DNA from: Hydrurus foetidus
Lineage: Eukaryota
Reading direction: 5' to 3'
NCBI GenBank assembly: GCA_900617105.1
Contig: UYFQ01000506.1
Location: forward strand, 62,001 to 126,000
DNA: 64,000 nt
This document shows positions 12,221-24,363 of the stretch, in pieces (position 1 is the first letter of the stretch; each line of letters opens with the position of its first letter). The notes beneath the pieces are model-generated. The model ran no database searches. It was not told where the DNA came from and saw only the letters and a list, made by a program, of their open reading frames with translations. The translations under genes were made by a program, and so were the position numbers.

Positions 12221-12942
12221 TGCCGCACCACCATGGCGTCCAGCACATAGCCGACGCCCCGATGCGTCTTGATGATCTCGTGGTCGGTCTGGGCCTCGAT
12301 CTTGCGGCGCAGGCGGCTGATATGCAGGTCGACGCTACGGCCGACGATCTCGGGCTCTTCGCCCTTGATGACGCCTAGCAGCGCTTCGCGGGTCACCACC
12401 GACCGGGCGTTTTCCAGCAGGGTCGCCAGGATGGACAGCTCGCCCCGGGTGAGCAGCAGCAGCATGCCGTTGGGCGCGGTCAGCTGACGGGCCGCCAGGT
12501 CCAGGCGAAAGCCGGCGAAGGCATAGATCGACCGTTTGGTGGCCTGCGCGCCGGCGGCTCGGCGACGCATCAGGGCCTTGACCCGGGCCAGCAGTTCGCG
12601 CGGCGGGATCGGCTTGACCACATAGTCGTCGGCCCCGATTTCCAAGCCTAGGATACGGTCCACGGGATCGCCAAGAGCGCTGAGCATCAGGATGGCGGGC
12701 CCGCCCTCGACGGCCAGGCGACGGCAAAGCGAGAGGCCGTCCTCGCCCGGCAGGTTGACGTCCAGCACCGCCACATCGACCGACTGCTGTTCGAGAAGCT
12801 CACGGGCCTGAGCCGCGCTGGCGGCTTGCCGGACCTCATAGCCCTGCGCTTCCAGATAACCTGCCATTTCGCGTCGCAGATCGTGATCGTCCTCGACCAG
12901 CAGAACGATGGCGGGCTGGGTGATCTGAACGGCGTGGCTCAT
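12217..12942 (-). CDS. OmpR-family response regulator
   Basis: LLVEDD, LDVNLPGEDG, GADDYVVKP, winged helix VDLHISRLRRKI; overlaps the kinase start. Confidence 0.95.
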   Translation of the reverse strand: MSHAVQITQPAIVLLVEDDHDLRREMAGYLEAQGYEVRQAASAAQARELLEQQSVDVAVLDVNLPGEDGLSLCRRLAVEGGPAILMLSALGDPVDRILGLEIGADDYVVKPIPPRELLARVKALMRRRAAGAQATKRSIYAFAGFRLDLAARQLTAPNGMLLLLTRGELSILATLLENARSVVTREALLGVIKGEEPEIVGRSVDLHISRLRRKIEAQTDHEIIKTHRGVGYVLDAMVVRQ

Positions 12943-13138
12943 GGGCGTTTTGGGGCGTTTTGGGGCGATTTGGGCGATCTGGCGGTCGCCTCGGTCAAGC
13001 CGGGCGGCAAGCCGGTGTCACGGACGGTGGTGTCGCGAACAAGGCCGCCGTATCGCCGATTTGTAACCACCGCGCATCAATCGGGAGCGGGATTGCAACA
13101 TGGGGAAAGAGGCAGGCGGCCGGGCGCTGCCTCCTCGT

Positions 13139-15895
13139 CTAGCGCGTGGCGGCGATCGCCGGGCCATAGAGCAGGCCGTTGAACAGGAACTTGAAGGTTC
13201 CGTAGGACTGCGCCCGCTGGGTGATCTCGGGGCCCATGGCGAACAGCTTGCCCTTGCCGACATCGATATCGAGAATCGCCGTGGAGCCCTTCAGCTTCTC
13301 CTGACCCACGGCCCAGCCGCTGCGCAGCGGGGCCTCGCTGTCGAACCATGAGACCCTCGATACGCCCGTCGCATCCGACTTCAGGGTGAAGGTTGGGCTG
13401 CGGTCGAAGAACACGTCGACCTGATCGGGCAGGCCGTAGGCCAGAGGCTGGCGAGTATCGACCCGGGCGCGCAGCACTGAACCCGGGATAAAGAGGTCCT
13501 TGTTGGGCAGGGCCTTGAGCTCGCCGTTCTCCATTCGGGCGGTGGCCACATCGACCGGCGCGCCCAGGGCCGTGGCCAGGCGCGTCGAGGCGCCGATAGC
13601 CACGACCGTGCCGCCGGCCCTAGCGAAGGCCTCGACCTGCGGCAAGGTCTTGGCGTCGGTTACCTGGCCCAGCCAGGCGCGGTATTCTTCCGGAATCTCT
13701 TCCGGCTTGGGCTGAGGCCCGCCGCGACCGGCGCGGAATGGCCCCCCAGCGGGCGCCGGGAATACGCCGTCGGCGAAGACCAGGACGTCGAAGTCCTTGT
13801 TCAGGTCGCCGGCGTCCAGGCGCTGCGGATAGACCACCGTGAACGGCGCCTCGAACTTCTCGAACATCCAGCGGTTCCAGCCCGACGGCATCGAGCCGCC
13901 ATAGACGTCGACCAGACCGATGCGCACGGGCTTGAGGGGCAGGGCGGGGCTGGATGGCTTGGCGCCAACCGCCCAGGCGTCGATGCCCAGATCCCTGACG
14001 CTGGCGGTCAGCACGGCTTGAGCGGCGGGCGAGGCGGGCACCCAGATCGCTCCGGGGCCAAAGCTGGTCTTGCCGGCCTTGGCACCATCCCTCAGCCACT
14101 GCACGCTGGCCCCAGCCTTCAGCAGACGGTTGGTCAGGGTGAAGCTGTTGTTGGTCTCATGGCTGATCAGCCAGCCGGCCTTGCCCGAGCCCCTGATCTC
14201 GCCGGGCTTGACGGTGATCAGGTCGGGCACGCGCGTGGTCGGCGCCTCGAAGCCGTCGAGGATGCGGTCGAACTTCACCCCCATCTGGTAGGCCAGGGTG
14301 TAGCCGGTGACGTCATACGGCGCCTTGGGTGGGCCGCCGGGATATTCGGTGTCGTGCGGGTGATCCTGCGGCTCGAACATGTCCATCACATGCGGGCGAT
14401 AGGCTTGGGCGGTCTTCACCACATAGGAGCCGGCCGGATAGGTCTTGCCTGCGACGGTGAAGGCCTTCTCGGCCTGTTCGACCTCGACGCCGGCCTTGAT
14501 CAGGGCGTTCAGGAAGGCGACCACGGTGGGCAGGTCGGCCTGGTCGGCGGGCAGGATATAGCCGCGTGGATCGCGCTTTTCCGGGGCCTGCAGTACGGTC
14601 TTGTAGAGCGTCGGATCCACCGATCCGCCGCGCCCCTCGAACGGCTTGTCCTTTGCCGCGTCCTTCAGGGCGTCGATCTTGCTGGGGCTGAGCGTCCAGC
14701 TGTCCTGGCTGCCCTTGGCGATGCCGTTGGCGCCCATCTTCCAGATGTTGAACAGCAGTCTTTCGCGGTTGCGTGAGGCGTAGTCCAGCACGGCGCGGTT
14801 CAGGCTCCACTGGTAGTCCAGGGTCTGCTGCAGATGCCACGTCTGCGGCGGGGCGGGCATGGGCCGGTCATTGCTGGGCAGCTGGGCGTCGGGCACCAGG
14901 TTCAGCGGCATGGGCGTGGGCCCGCCGGTGATCTCGGTCAGCAGCCCTACTGAATTGTGGAAATAGGCGATCGAGCGCTCCATCCCGTTGTGCCAGGTGG
15001 AGTAGGGGGCGGCGCTGCGGGCGCTGGAGCCGGGCTTGTCCTCGGCCACCAGACGGCTGTGCATGGCCATGCCCACCTCCTGCAGGGTGGTCATGACCAG
15101 AGGGTCGTAATTGTAGTTGGCCGGGTCGCGGAACGGCGGCACGAACACCACCATGCCGTTGGGCGCGGTCTGGTGCTGGTTATAGACGATCTGCGGGAAC
15201 CATTCGCGGAACAGCTGGCGGTTGACGTTGGTCGTCTCGGCCATCTGCGCCATGAAGCTGTCGCGGTTGTTATCGTGGCCGATATACTTCTGGTACAGGC
15301 GCGGGATCGAACCGAACTCGCGCTTCTTCGGGTCTTCCTGGCGCATGTACCAGTCGGAGATCAGCTCCATGCCGTCCGGATTGTCGTGGGCGAACAGGAT
15401 GATGACGTCGTCCAGCAGACGCATCGTCTCCGGATCGGTCTGGGTCAGCATCTTGTGCAGGACCTGGATCTGACCCTGCGAGGTCACGGTCTCGTTGGCG
15501 TGCATGCCCGCGTCGATCCAGACGACGGCCTTGCCCTCGGCGGCCAGTTTCACCGCCTCGTCGCGATTGACGCCCTGCGCCTTGGCCAGGCGGCGAGCGA
15601 TGGTCTGGTAGTGGTCCAGCCTGGCCAGATTGGCGGGCGACGAGACGATCGCCATCCACTGGGTGCGGCCTTCTTCGGTCTTGCCGATATCGACCAGCTT
15701 CATGCGATCCGACTGACCAGCCAGGGTCTTCAGATAGGCCTCATAGGCGGTGTAGTCGGCCAGGAAATAGTCGCTGCCGACCGGCTGGGCGAAGGCCTTT
15801 TCCGGTGGCGTGATCTGGCCCAGGGCGACGGCCGGGCCGCTCAGGGTCATCACCAGCGCCAGGGCCGCGCCGGCCATCGCTTTGCATCGCGTCAT
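13139..15895 (-). CDS. M14-family zinc carboxypeptidase, secreted
   Basis: Signal peptide, IGKTEEGR, HANE zinc motif, NPDG, DNNRD, NQHQ. Confidence 0.85.
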   Translation of the reverse strand: MTRCKAMAGAALALVMTLSGPAVALGQITPPEKAFAQPVGSDYFLADYTAYEAYLKTLAGQSDRMKLVDIGKTEEGRTQWMAIVSSPANLARLDHYQTIARRLAKAQGVNRDEAVKLAAEGKAVVWIDAGMHANETVTSQGQIQVLHKMLTQTDPETMRLLDDVIILFAHDNPDGMELISDWYMRQEDPKKREFGSIPRLYQKYIGHDNNRDSFMAQMAETTNVNRQLFREWFPQIVYNQHQTAPNGMVVFVPPFRDPANYNYDPLVMTTLQEVGMAMHSRLVAEDKPGSSARSAAPYSTWHNGMERSIAYFHNSVGLLTEITGGPTPMPLNLVPDAQLPSNDRPMPAPPQTWHLQQTLDYQWSLNRAVLDYASRNRERLLFNIWKMGANGIAKGSQDSWTLSPSKIDALKDAAKDKPFEGRGGSVDPTLYKTVLQAPEKRDPRGYILPADQADLPTVVAFLNALIKAGVEVEQAEKAFTVAGKTYPAGSYVVKTAQAYRPHVMDMFEPQDHPHDTEYPGGPPKAPYDVTGYTLAYQMGVKFDRILDGFEAPTTRVPDLITVKPGEIRGSGKAGWLISHETNNSFTLTNRLLKAGASVQWLRDGAKAGKTSFGPGAIWVPASPAAQAVLTASVRDLGIDAWAVGAKPSSPALPLKPVRIGLVDVYGGSMPSGWNRWMFEKFEAPFTVVYPQRLDAGDLNKDFDVLVFADGVFPAPAGGPFRAGRGGPQPKPEEIPEEYRAWLGQVTDAKTLPQVEAFARAGGTVVAIGASTRLATALGAPVDVATARMENGELKALPNKDLFIPGSVLRARVDTRQPLAYGLPDQVDVFFDRSPTFTLKSDATGVSRVSWFDSEAPLRSGWAVGQEKLKGSTAILDIDVGKGKLFAMGPEITQRAQSYGTFKFLFNGLLYGPAIAATR

Positions 15896-16024
15896 CGAAA
15901 GGGCTTCCCATCCAGAACAGGCGGCGAACCACGCCGGTTTCATGATGTCTGACGAAGCGCGACTGCGAAACCGCCGTCTGCGCCGTTCATGGAGGGCGAC
16001 TTTGTCGCCTCCCGGGTTCCACGC

Positions 16025-16059
16025 AAGAAAAAGCCCGCCCCGGGCGAACCGGGACGGGC
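16025..16059 (-). terminator. Intrinsic terminator after the second TBDR
   Basis: Minus strand reads GCCCGTCCCGG-TTCGC-CCGGGGCGGGC-TTTTTCTT. Confidence 0.8.
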
Positions 16060-16120
16060 CTGATCTTGCTTCTCCAGCGCTTTCCTGGCCAGGCGCCGAA
16101 ACGCCCGGCCAGGTCAGGTC

Positions 16121-19054
16121 TTAGTAACGCAGACGGGCGTTGATGAAGAACGTGCGGCCCAGGACGTCGTAGGTGGCCGGATAGCCACTGTTCGACGGCG
16201 AGGCGTTGCCGCCCAGGATCGGATAGGCTTCCTGGGTCAGGTTCTTGACGCCGCCGGTGAAGGCGACGTTGTCGCTGACTTCCCAGTCGGCCGACAGATC
16301 CCAGTAGTTCTTCGCGCCGATACGCTCGACCGTGTACTTGGTGGCCGGAGCGTCGTCGTTCACGTCGTCCAGGTGGTTCCAAACCAGGTTCAGACCGAAC
16401 TGGTTCATCTTCCAGTTGACGGCCGACCGCAGCTTGTGGCGCGGGGTCGGGTTGCCGCAGCGGGTGCCGAACTTGTCGGCGCACTTGATCGGCGTCGAGA
16501 TCTCGTCCGGCGTCGTCGTGCTTTCCCAGGTGTTGGTGTAGAGCGAACGCAGCGACACCGAACCCCAATCCGGCAGACCGAGGTCTTCCAGGGTCGTGCG
16601 GTAGGTGATGCCGACATCGAAGCCTTCGGTCTTCACCGTCGCGACGTTTTGAGCCGTCAGCGAGATGTAGTCGATCGAGCCGTTGGGAAGGCGGTTGATG
16701 GCCTGGCAATACGGCGAGGACGGGTTGCCGTTCACGAGCGCGCCGTAGCAGACGTTCATGACGTTCGAAGCGCTGCCGCCGAAGCTGGCGATGGCGTCCG
16801 TGATCTCGATCGAAGTAGTCACCGGTGATCGAGAAGTTCGGCAGCCACGACGGGGTGTAGGCGAAACCGTAGGTGATGGTCTTGCCTTCTTCCGGACGCA
16901 GGTTCGGATTGCCGCCCGACAGGGTCTGGGTCTGCTGGTTGGCGTTGATCACGCCCACTGCGCTGGCCGAGACACCCGAGTTGATACAGGCCTGACGCGT
17001 GGCGGCGTTCGGCGCGGCGCGGGCCGAGCAGTTGTCCGTCGAGGTCGGGAAGCCGTTGCTTTGCGGCGCGTACAGTTCGCCGACCGACGGAGCGCGGATC
17101 GCCTTGTTGTACGATGCGCGCAGCATCAGGTCGTCGAAGGGCTTCCAGGTGCCGGCCACCTTGTAGGTTTCAACCGGGTCCGGCTGGGTGGTGTAGTCCG
17201 ACACGCGGCCGGCCAGTTCCAGGTCCAGCGACTTGACGAAGGGCAGGTCCTTCAGGATCGGCACCAGCACTTCGGCATAGGCTTCATAAACGTCGAAGCG
17301 ACCGGCGACGGCCGGGCTGGCGTTGAAGCCCGTCAGGTTACCCGTGGCCAGATCCTGGCTGGGGTTGAAGGAGAAATCCTCAGCGCGATATTCACCGCCG
17401 ACGGCGAAGCCGATCGGGCCGGCCGGCAGCGAGAACATGTTGGCCGTATCACCGCTGAAGGTGAAGCCGGCGTACAGTTGCTCGTAATCCTGCGACGAGT
17501 TGATGCGGGTCTTGATGAAGTTGGCGGCAGCCGCCGACATCGTGCCCTGGCCGAAGATGTTGACCGGAACGCAACCGCCCGACGGATCGGCGCAGCCGGT
17601 GCCGGCGGCGTTCAGCAGCAGGCCCTGCTGGATGCGGACCAGGCTGGTGTCACCCAGCAGAGTGTTGCTGCCGTGCGAGTTGCCATACTGGAAGTAGCTG
17701 TCGAAGCCGCCATTGATGGCTTCGATATCGCCCTTCAGGCCCAGCTGGATCTGGAAGCCGGTGAAGTTGAAGCTCGAGACGCGCGGGCCAACGTCGCTGA
17801 GGCGCTTGTTGAACGAGCCGGTGACGGTGTCGAACAGGCCGTCGCCGTCGGTGTCGATGTCCGTATAGGTGCCGGTGGCCCAGGGGCTGCTGGCCGGAAT
17901 GCTGTAGGCGGTCGACGAACCGATGCTGTTCAGGGCGGTCTTGGCGGCCGCGGTCAGGAAGGGATTGTTGTCGAGGCTGAAGCGGAAGATCCGGTTGCCG
18001 ACCGGAGTCGGGGCCAGCTGGGTGACGACCTTCGAATTGACGAAGTTGCCCTTGGCATAGGCGGTCAGGCCCGGCTTGATCTCATAGCTGGCCAGCGAGG
18101 TGACCGAGAAACGCTCTTGCGGGGTCTGGACGTAGTTGACCGGAGCGAAGTTGGTGTCGTTGTTCGCGTTGTAGAGGCGCACGCCGCCGTCGGGCAGGAA
18201 GTAGGCCGAGTTGGCGGCGAGGTTGGCGACGCCCGGCAGGGTGATGAACGGGTGGCAACGAACGGGTCGACGCGGCCCGGCTCGATGGAGCCCGAACCCG
18301 ACGGCACCAGGCCGGTACGCGTGGCGTTGTCGCCCCAGGCGCGGCCAAGCATGCCGCCACGTTCGCCCTGGGTCAGGGCTTCCCGCTTGTTGTAGCCGAG
18401 GCTCAGGACGACATTGCCCTTGCGGTCGGCGAAGTTGGCGCCGAAGGTCACGTCGCCCGAATAGATCGGGGCTTCGCCGTCATCGGTGGCCTGATAGCCG
18501 GCCGAGACTTCCATGCCTTCGAAGTCGTTCTTCAGGATGAAGTTGACGACGCCGGCCACGGCGTCCGAGCCGTAAACGGCCGAACCGCCGCCCGACACCA
18601 CTTCGATGCGCTTGATCAGCGCCGGCGGGATCAGGTTGAGGTCGACGCTGCCGGCCTGGGTGGTCGGGGTCTGGCGCTTGCCATCCACCAGCACCAGGGT
18701 GCGGTTGGAGCCGAGGCCGCGCAGGTTGACCGTGGCGGTGCCGTTGCTGCCGTTGTTCACCGTCGAGGTGATGCCGGGGACGGCTTGCGGCAGGGTGTTG
18801 AGCAGGTTCTCGGTGTTGACGACGCCCGATTGCTCGAGCTCCTTCTCGCCGACCGTGGCGACGGGGCTGGACGAAACCAGGTCAGGGCGCGCAATGCGCG
18901 AACCGGTGACGACGATTTCTTCGACCTGCACGGCTTCCGCAGCGGCGGGCGCGGTCTGGGCAAAAGCAGGCATGGCGATGGCCATGGGCGCAATCGCACC
19001 GCACAGTACGGTGGTCGCCAGCAGGCGTTTCCGGGTGGACAAAGCGTTAAACAT
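16121..19054 (-). CDS. TonB-dependent receptor; frameshifts near 18250 and 16810
   Basis: ATG at 19054 after GGAGG, TonB box VEEIVVTGSRI, plug VNLRGLGSNRTLVLVDGKR and SAVYGSDAVAGVVNFIL, C-terminus YDVLGRTFFINARLRY; spread over three ORFs. Confidence 0.93.
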
Positions 19055-19658
19055 CAAACCTCCACATATTTTTAATTGCGCCGTCTCGGTTTGATCCAAG
19101 TCATGACGCCCCCAACCGCACCGCTGCCGGCGCGAGTTAAGGCAGGAGAGTGACGGTTGGCGAACTTCGGTCAATCTTTCACGATATGGCGCGGCAACAA
19201 TTAGTCGGCTGTGTAGCAAAAGTGACGCATGCGATTGCTGCTATTGGGCGTCCTGCCCGAATTTCTGCCTAAACCATGATGAAATGGGGAATAGTATACT
19301 TGCTGCTATTCACAATATTGCGAGTTGGAAATGCTGAAAAAATGTCAATATTCCGACACATTCGCCGCGATTTGACGGGCCTTTTTCGATCGACGGCGTG
19401 GGCGGTTCTAGAGAACTCACGATTTTTGCGTTAAGGTTTGGCAGCGTTTGCTGATGGGGAATCTCGGCCAACTTTGAGTTGGGGTCCGATCGAGCGCATG
19501 GGATGGGGCAGTTCTATCGATTGCTACGACTGTTCGATCAAACTTTTTGATCATCCCGCCGGGCTATCGCGGGTTGAACCGCCGAATGACGATCTGATAC
19601 GAAATGGCTCCGAAGGCCCATTCCGGCGCTGGAGATCCGCTTTGCGCCGCTGCGTTCC

Positions 19659-20392
19659 ATGACGAATCCTTCTGTTATCCGGATCAATCCAGCGCTCGAT
19701 CCCGCGCCGTTCGCCGCTGCCTATCAACGGGACGGCGTCGTCCAGATCCCGGTCTTTTTGGTTCCTGTCGACGCAGAAGCCACCGCCGGGATCATGGCCG
19801 GTCTGACCTGGAATGTGGTGGCGCCCGACGAGACGTCCGAAACCCTGGTGATCAGTCCCCAGGTCATCCAGAAGTTCGGCGAGGCCCAGGTCCGACAGTT
19901 CCTGCAAGGCGCTCTGAAGCGCGCCTCCAGGGGTTCTCCTTCATTCACCTGTCCTATGCCTTGCAGGACGAATATGCCCGCGATCCGACCGCGCCCATTC
20001 ACCGGGCCACCGAGTTCCTGCAGAGCCGGGCCTTTCTGGACTTCGGCCAGTCCGTGATCGGCGGCGACCCGGTTGGGGGCGTCCGCGCCCAGGCCTCCAA
20101 CTATCGGCCGGGTGATTTCCTCACCCTGCATGACGACAGCCATCAGCGCGATGATCGCCTGGCCGCCTTTACCCTGGGATTCACACGTGACTGGAGACCG
20201 GACTGGGGCGGGCAGTTGCTGTTCCACGACGCTGACGGTCAGATCGAGCGGGGCTTCACGCCGGGCTTCAACATCCTCACTCTGTTTCGTGTGCCCCGCG
20301 TCCATTCGGTGGCGCCGGTGGCGTCCTATGCCGCCGCCAAGCGTCTCTCCCTGACCGGTTGGTTGGTGCGGGAGCCGACGAAGACGACCTGA
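19659..20392 (+). CDS. 2OG-Fe(II) oxygenase, prolyl-hydroxylase-like; frameshift near 19930
   Basis: YRPGDFLTLHDD (HxD), WRPDWGGQLLF, VHSV and RLSLTGW motifs. Confidence 0.8.
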
Positions 20393-20461
20393 AACGCCAG
20401 CGCCCTTTCGCAGGGCGTTCTATCGACACTTTCAATGCCGTAGTTCGAATCGTGGGATCGC

Positions 20462-20996
20462 ATGAAACTCTGGATCAAGCTTGTCGCCGTCGCGGCCCTG
20501 GCCGTTCCGCTCGTCGCGACCGCCGCCGACGCGCCCAAATCTGCCACCCCAGCGGTGCTCAAGGCCCTCTTTGACTGCCGCGCCATCACCACCGACGCCG
20601 AGCGACTGGCCTGCTACGACGCTGCCGTCGGTCAGGTGAACAAAGGCCGAGAAGACCGGCGAGGTGATTATCGTCGATCGTCAGGAGGCCCGCGCCGCGC
20701 GCCGTCAGGCCTTTGGCCTGGATCTCTCAGCCTTGGCCATCCTCGACCGAAGCGAAGAGAAGACCGAGGTCGACCGGGTGATGGGCGAAGTGGCCAGTGC
20801 GCGCCGGGGCGGTGACGGCCGCTGGACGGTCGTGCTGGCCGACGGCGCCGTGTGGAAGCAGGTCGACGACCAGTCCTTGACCAAGGATCCGAAGAAGGGC
20901 TCCAAGGTCGAGATCCGCAAGGCGTCGGTCGGCAGCTATTTCATGAACGTCGATGGTCAGCGCGCGATGCGGGCGCGTCGGGCCGACACCCAATAG
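20462..20996 (+). CDS. Secreted hypothetical protein; frameshift near 20645
   Basis: Signal peptide and CRAITTDAERLACYD motif; continues in ORF 20664..20996 (FGL...LADGAVWKQ). Confidence 0.7.
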
Positions 20997-21153
20997 GCGC
21001 CGCGCCTCTATCCAGGGCGAGCGCGCGCGGCGAGTGTCTAAAATCGACGGACCCACTGGCGTTTGACCAAGGCCGATGAGAGGGTCGCCCCCGCCGGGAG
21101 ACGACGCGAGACTCGCTCGCGCGACCGGTCAGTTCATTTTGGGGGCGTCTTTT

Positions 21154-23605
21154 ATGTTCGGATCCGTCAGCCGCGCCGCGCTCGCGGCGGCCTTGCTTCT
21201 GTCCGCAGCGACGCCGGTCCTGGCCGCGCCCAGGGAGAAGCCGCCCGCTTCCGACGCCGCCCTGGCGGGAACCACGCGTCAGGACGGCCTGCTGCCGGTT
21301 CACATCGACAAGGCCAAGGGCCGCATCCTGCTGTCCCTGCCCAAGGCCGACGCCTATGGCGTCAGCGGTCGGTTCCTCTATGTGGCGGCGCTGAAGACCG
21401 GTCTTGGCTCGGCCCCCGTTGGCCTGGACCGCGCCGCTCTGGGGGACACCCAGGTCCTGGTGTTCCGTCGCATCGGCAAGAAGGTCATAGCCGAGTACGA
21501 GAACCCCAAGTTTACCGCCGCCGGCGCGCCCGCCGCCGAACAGATCGCGGCCCGCGAATCCTTCGCCGTCTCGACGGTCTGGGCCGGAGACGTGGTCAGC
21601 GAGACGCCGGACGGCCGGATCCTCGTGGATATCTCCAGCTTCCTGACCCGCGACGTGATCGGCGCCGCCGACGCCCTGAAGCAGGCCGGGGAGAACGGCT
21701 TCAAGCTGGTCTCCGACCTGTCGATCGCCGACCCTTCGGCCGTGAAGGTGTTCCCCGAGAACATCGAGTTCGAGGCTCGCCAGACCTTTGCTTCCGACAC
21801 GCCCGGTCCCGAGACGCGCAACATCGCTCCCGACGCCAAGCAGATCACCCTGATCGTCCGCCACTCGCTGGTGAAGCTGCCCGAGCCTGGCTTCGTGCCG
21901 CGCGCCTTCGATCCGCGCACGGGCACCTGGGGCGTTGTCGGCCTGGACTATGCCGTGCCGCTGGGCGACGACATCGTCGGCCGCTGGGCGCGCCGGTTCC
22001 GTCTGGAAAAGACCGACCCGACAGCGGCGGTCTCGACCGTCAAGAAGCCGATCATTTTCTATGTCGACCGCGCCGCGCCCGAGCCGATCCGCACCGCCCT
22101 GGTCGAGGGCGCGGCCTGGTGGGCCAAGGCGTTCGAGGCGGCGGGCTTCAAGGACGCCTATCGCGTCGAGGTCCTGCCCGAGGGCGTCGATCCGCTGGAT
22201 GTCCGCTACAGCGTCATCAACTGGGTCGACCGCGCCACCCGGGGCTGGTCGATGGGCCAGTCGGTTTCCGATCCGCGCACTGGGGAGATCCTCAAGGGCT
22301 CGGTGATCCTGGGCGCGCTGCGGGTGCGCCAGGATATGCTGATCTTCGAAGGTCTGGTCGGCGCGGACAAGAACGGCAAGGGGGGAGCCAATGATCCGAT
22401 CCAGGTCTCGTTGGCCCGGCTGCGGCAGTTGTCGGCCCACGAGGTCGGCCACTCGATCGGCTTCGCGCACAATTTCGCAGCCTCGACCCAGGATCGGGCC
22501 TCGGTGATGGATTATCCCGCGCCACGCGTGAAGGTCACGGACGGCAAAATCGACCTGTCCGACGCCTATGGCGTCGGCGTCGGCGCGTGGGACATGTTCA
22601 CGGTCGACTGGCTGTACGGCGAAGCGCCGAAGCCGGCCCTGGCGGCCAAGGCGGCGGCCACAAAGCTCCGCTACATCACCGACAGCGACGCGCGCGGCCC
22701 CAATTCCGGCCAGCCATGGGGCGCGCTGTGGGATGATGGCGCGGACTCGGTCGCCGAGCTTAGGCGGATGATCGCCGTGCGGCGGGTGGCGATCGACCAG
22801 TTTGGTCTGGGCGCTCTGAAGACCGGCGAAACGGTCGAGACCCTCAAGCGCAAGTACGTGCCGATCTATCTGCTGCATCGCTACCAGGTCGAGGCCACGG
22901 TCAAGCAGGTGGCGGGCGTCGAGTTCAGCTATGCCGTCAAGGGCGACGCGGGCCAGATCGCGCCGCTGGTGGCGCCCGAGAAGCAGCGCGCGGCCCTGGC
23001 CGCCCTGATGGCGACCCTGGCGCCGGCCGAGCTGGACACGCCCGAAAAGCTGCTCCCGCTGCTGTCGGGCGGGCAATCGGGCGAGACCGACCGCCAGCAT
23101 GTCATCGAGGTGTTCGCCGGTATGGGCGGCCCGGTGTTCGATCCGCTGGTGGCCGCTGATGTGGCGGCTGGCGTGACGCTGGATCCGCTGCTCGCGCCCG
23201 ACCGCCTGGCGCGCCTGGTCGACCAGCATCGCCGCGATCCCGCCCAGCCCGGCGTTGGCGAGGTCGTCGACACGCTGTTGACGACGGTCTTTGCGCCGGC
23301 CTCGGGGCGTCAGGCCGAGGTCGCCCGGCGGGTACGGTGGCGCACGGTGCTGAACCTGGCCGCCGCCGCGCGTGACGTAAACGCTCGCCCCAGCCGCCTC
23401 AGAGATCGATCAGAAGCTTATTGATCTGGCCGCCCGGCTAAAGGCCGCGCCGGGTAGCGACGCCTCAGACCGCGCCCTGAACCTGCGTCTGGTGGCCTTG
23501 CTGAAGGACGACGACGAACTGACACGGGTGCTGGGCGAAACCAAGCTGAAGCCCGAAACGCCGCCCGGGATGCCGATCGGCGACATGGAGTCTGGCATAG
23601 ACTAG
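21154..23605 (+). CDS. Secreted zinc-dependent metalloprotease (DUF5117/DUF4953-like); frameshift near 23400
   Basis: Signal peptide, HEVGHSIGFAHNF zinc motif, SVMDY Met-turn; C-terminal PPGMPIG in the shifted frame, TAG at 23603-23605. Confidence 0.85.
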
Positions 23606-24203
23606 GCGGGCTCTGCCGGCGCGCCCCGCTGCAGAACGCTGGGCGTGCCGACATAGAGCAAAACCGCCTCGCGGTCGGTGCGGTTCTCCACCGTGTGGGG
23701 GGCTCGGGCGTCGAAGTGCATGCTGTCGCCGGCCCTGAGCACGGTGTGGATGTCGCCCGCCCGGGCATAGAGTTCGCCCTCCAGCACATAGCGGAAGTGC
23801 TCGCCATTGCGGGTGTCGACCGGAAAGCAGTGGCCGGGCGGAATGCGCATCAGAACCGCGTCCAGCTTGCGATCTGGGAGGGCTGAGGAGAGGTCGAAAT
23901 AGGCCACAGGCGAGTCCACGGCGATTTCGGCCGCTCGTCGGCGCGGCGCACCATGTCCTGGGCCTGCGGGATTTCCATGAAATAGGAGACCTCGACCTGG
24001 AGACCCTTGGCCAGGCCGAGCATCGACATCAGCGACGGCGTGGTCAGGTCGCGCTCGGCCTGGGACAGGAAGGGCTTGGACAGGCCCGATCGATCGGCCA
24101 GTTCCTGCAGGGTCAGGCCCAACGCCTTGCGACGCGACTTGATCCGCGCGCCGATCGGCTGGCGGCGCTTCTTCTGGGGTTGATTTTTTCCTTCGAGAAT
24201 CAT
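23602..24203 (-). CDS. XRE-family HTH plus cupin transcriptional regulator; frameshift near 23930
   Basis: IGARIKSRRKALGLTLQELADRSGLSKPFLSQAER HTH, then cupin GEHFRYVLEGEL...GDSMHFDARAPH. Confidence 0.85.
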
Positions 24204-24363
24204 GAGGCCATGTTCTCAGTTTGAGCGGGCGCCGCGCCAGTTGATTTCGCGTAACCTTCGCCGATCCGCGGAGATGCCTGCGGTCGACCGAAAATAAAGG
24301 GTTTGAGCTTAACCCTGAGGGCCAGACGAGATCGGCCTTCGCCGCTCGGGAGATTCCGGACCT

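Noticed and set aside
24290..24315. CtrA box upstream of the pentapeptide gene
   Set aside because: Only a TTAACC half-site is present, with no TTAA-N7-TTAA
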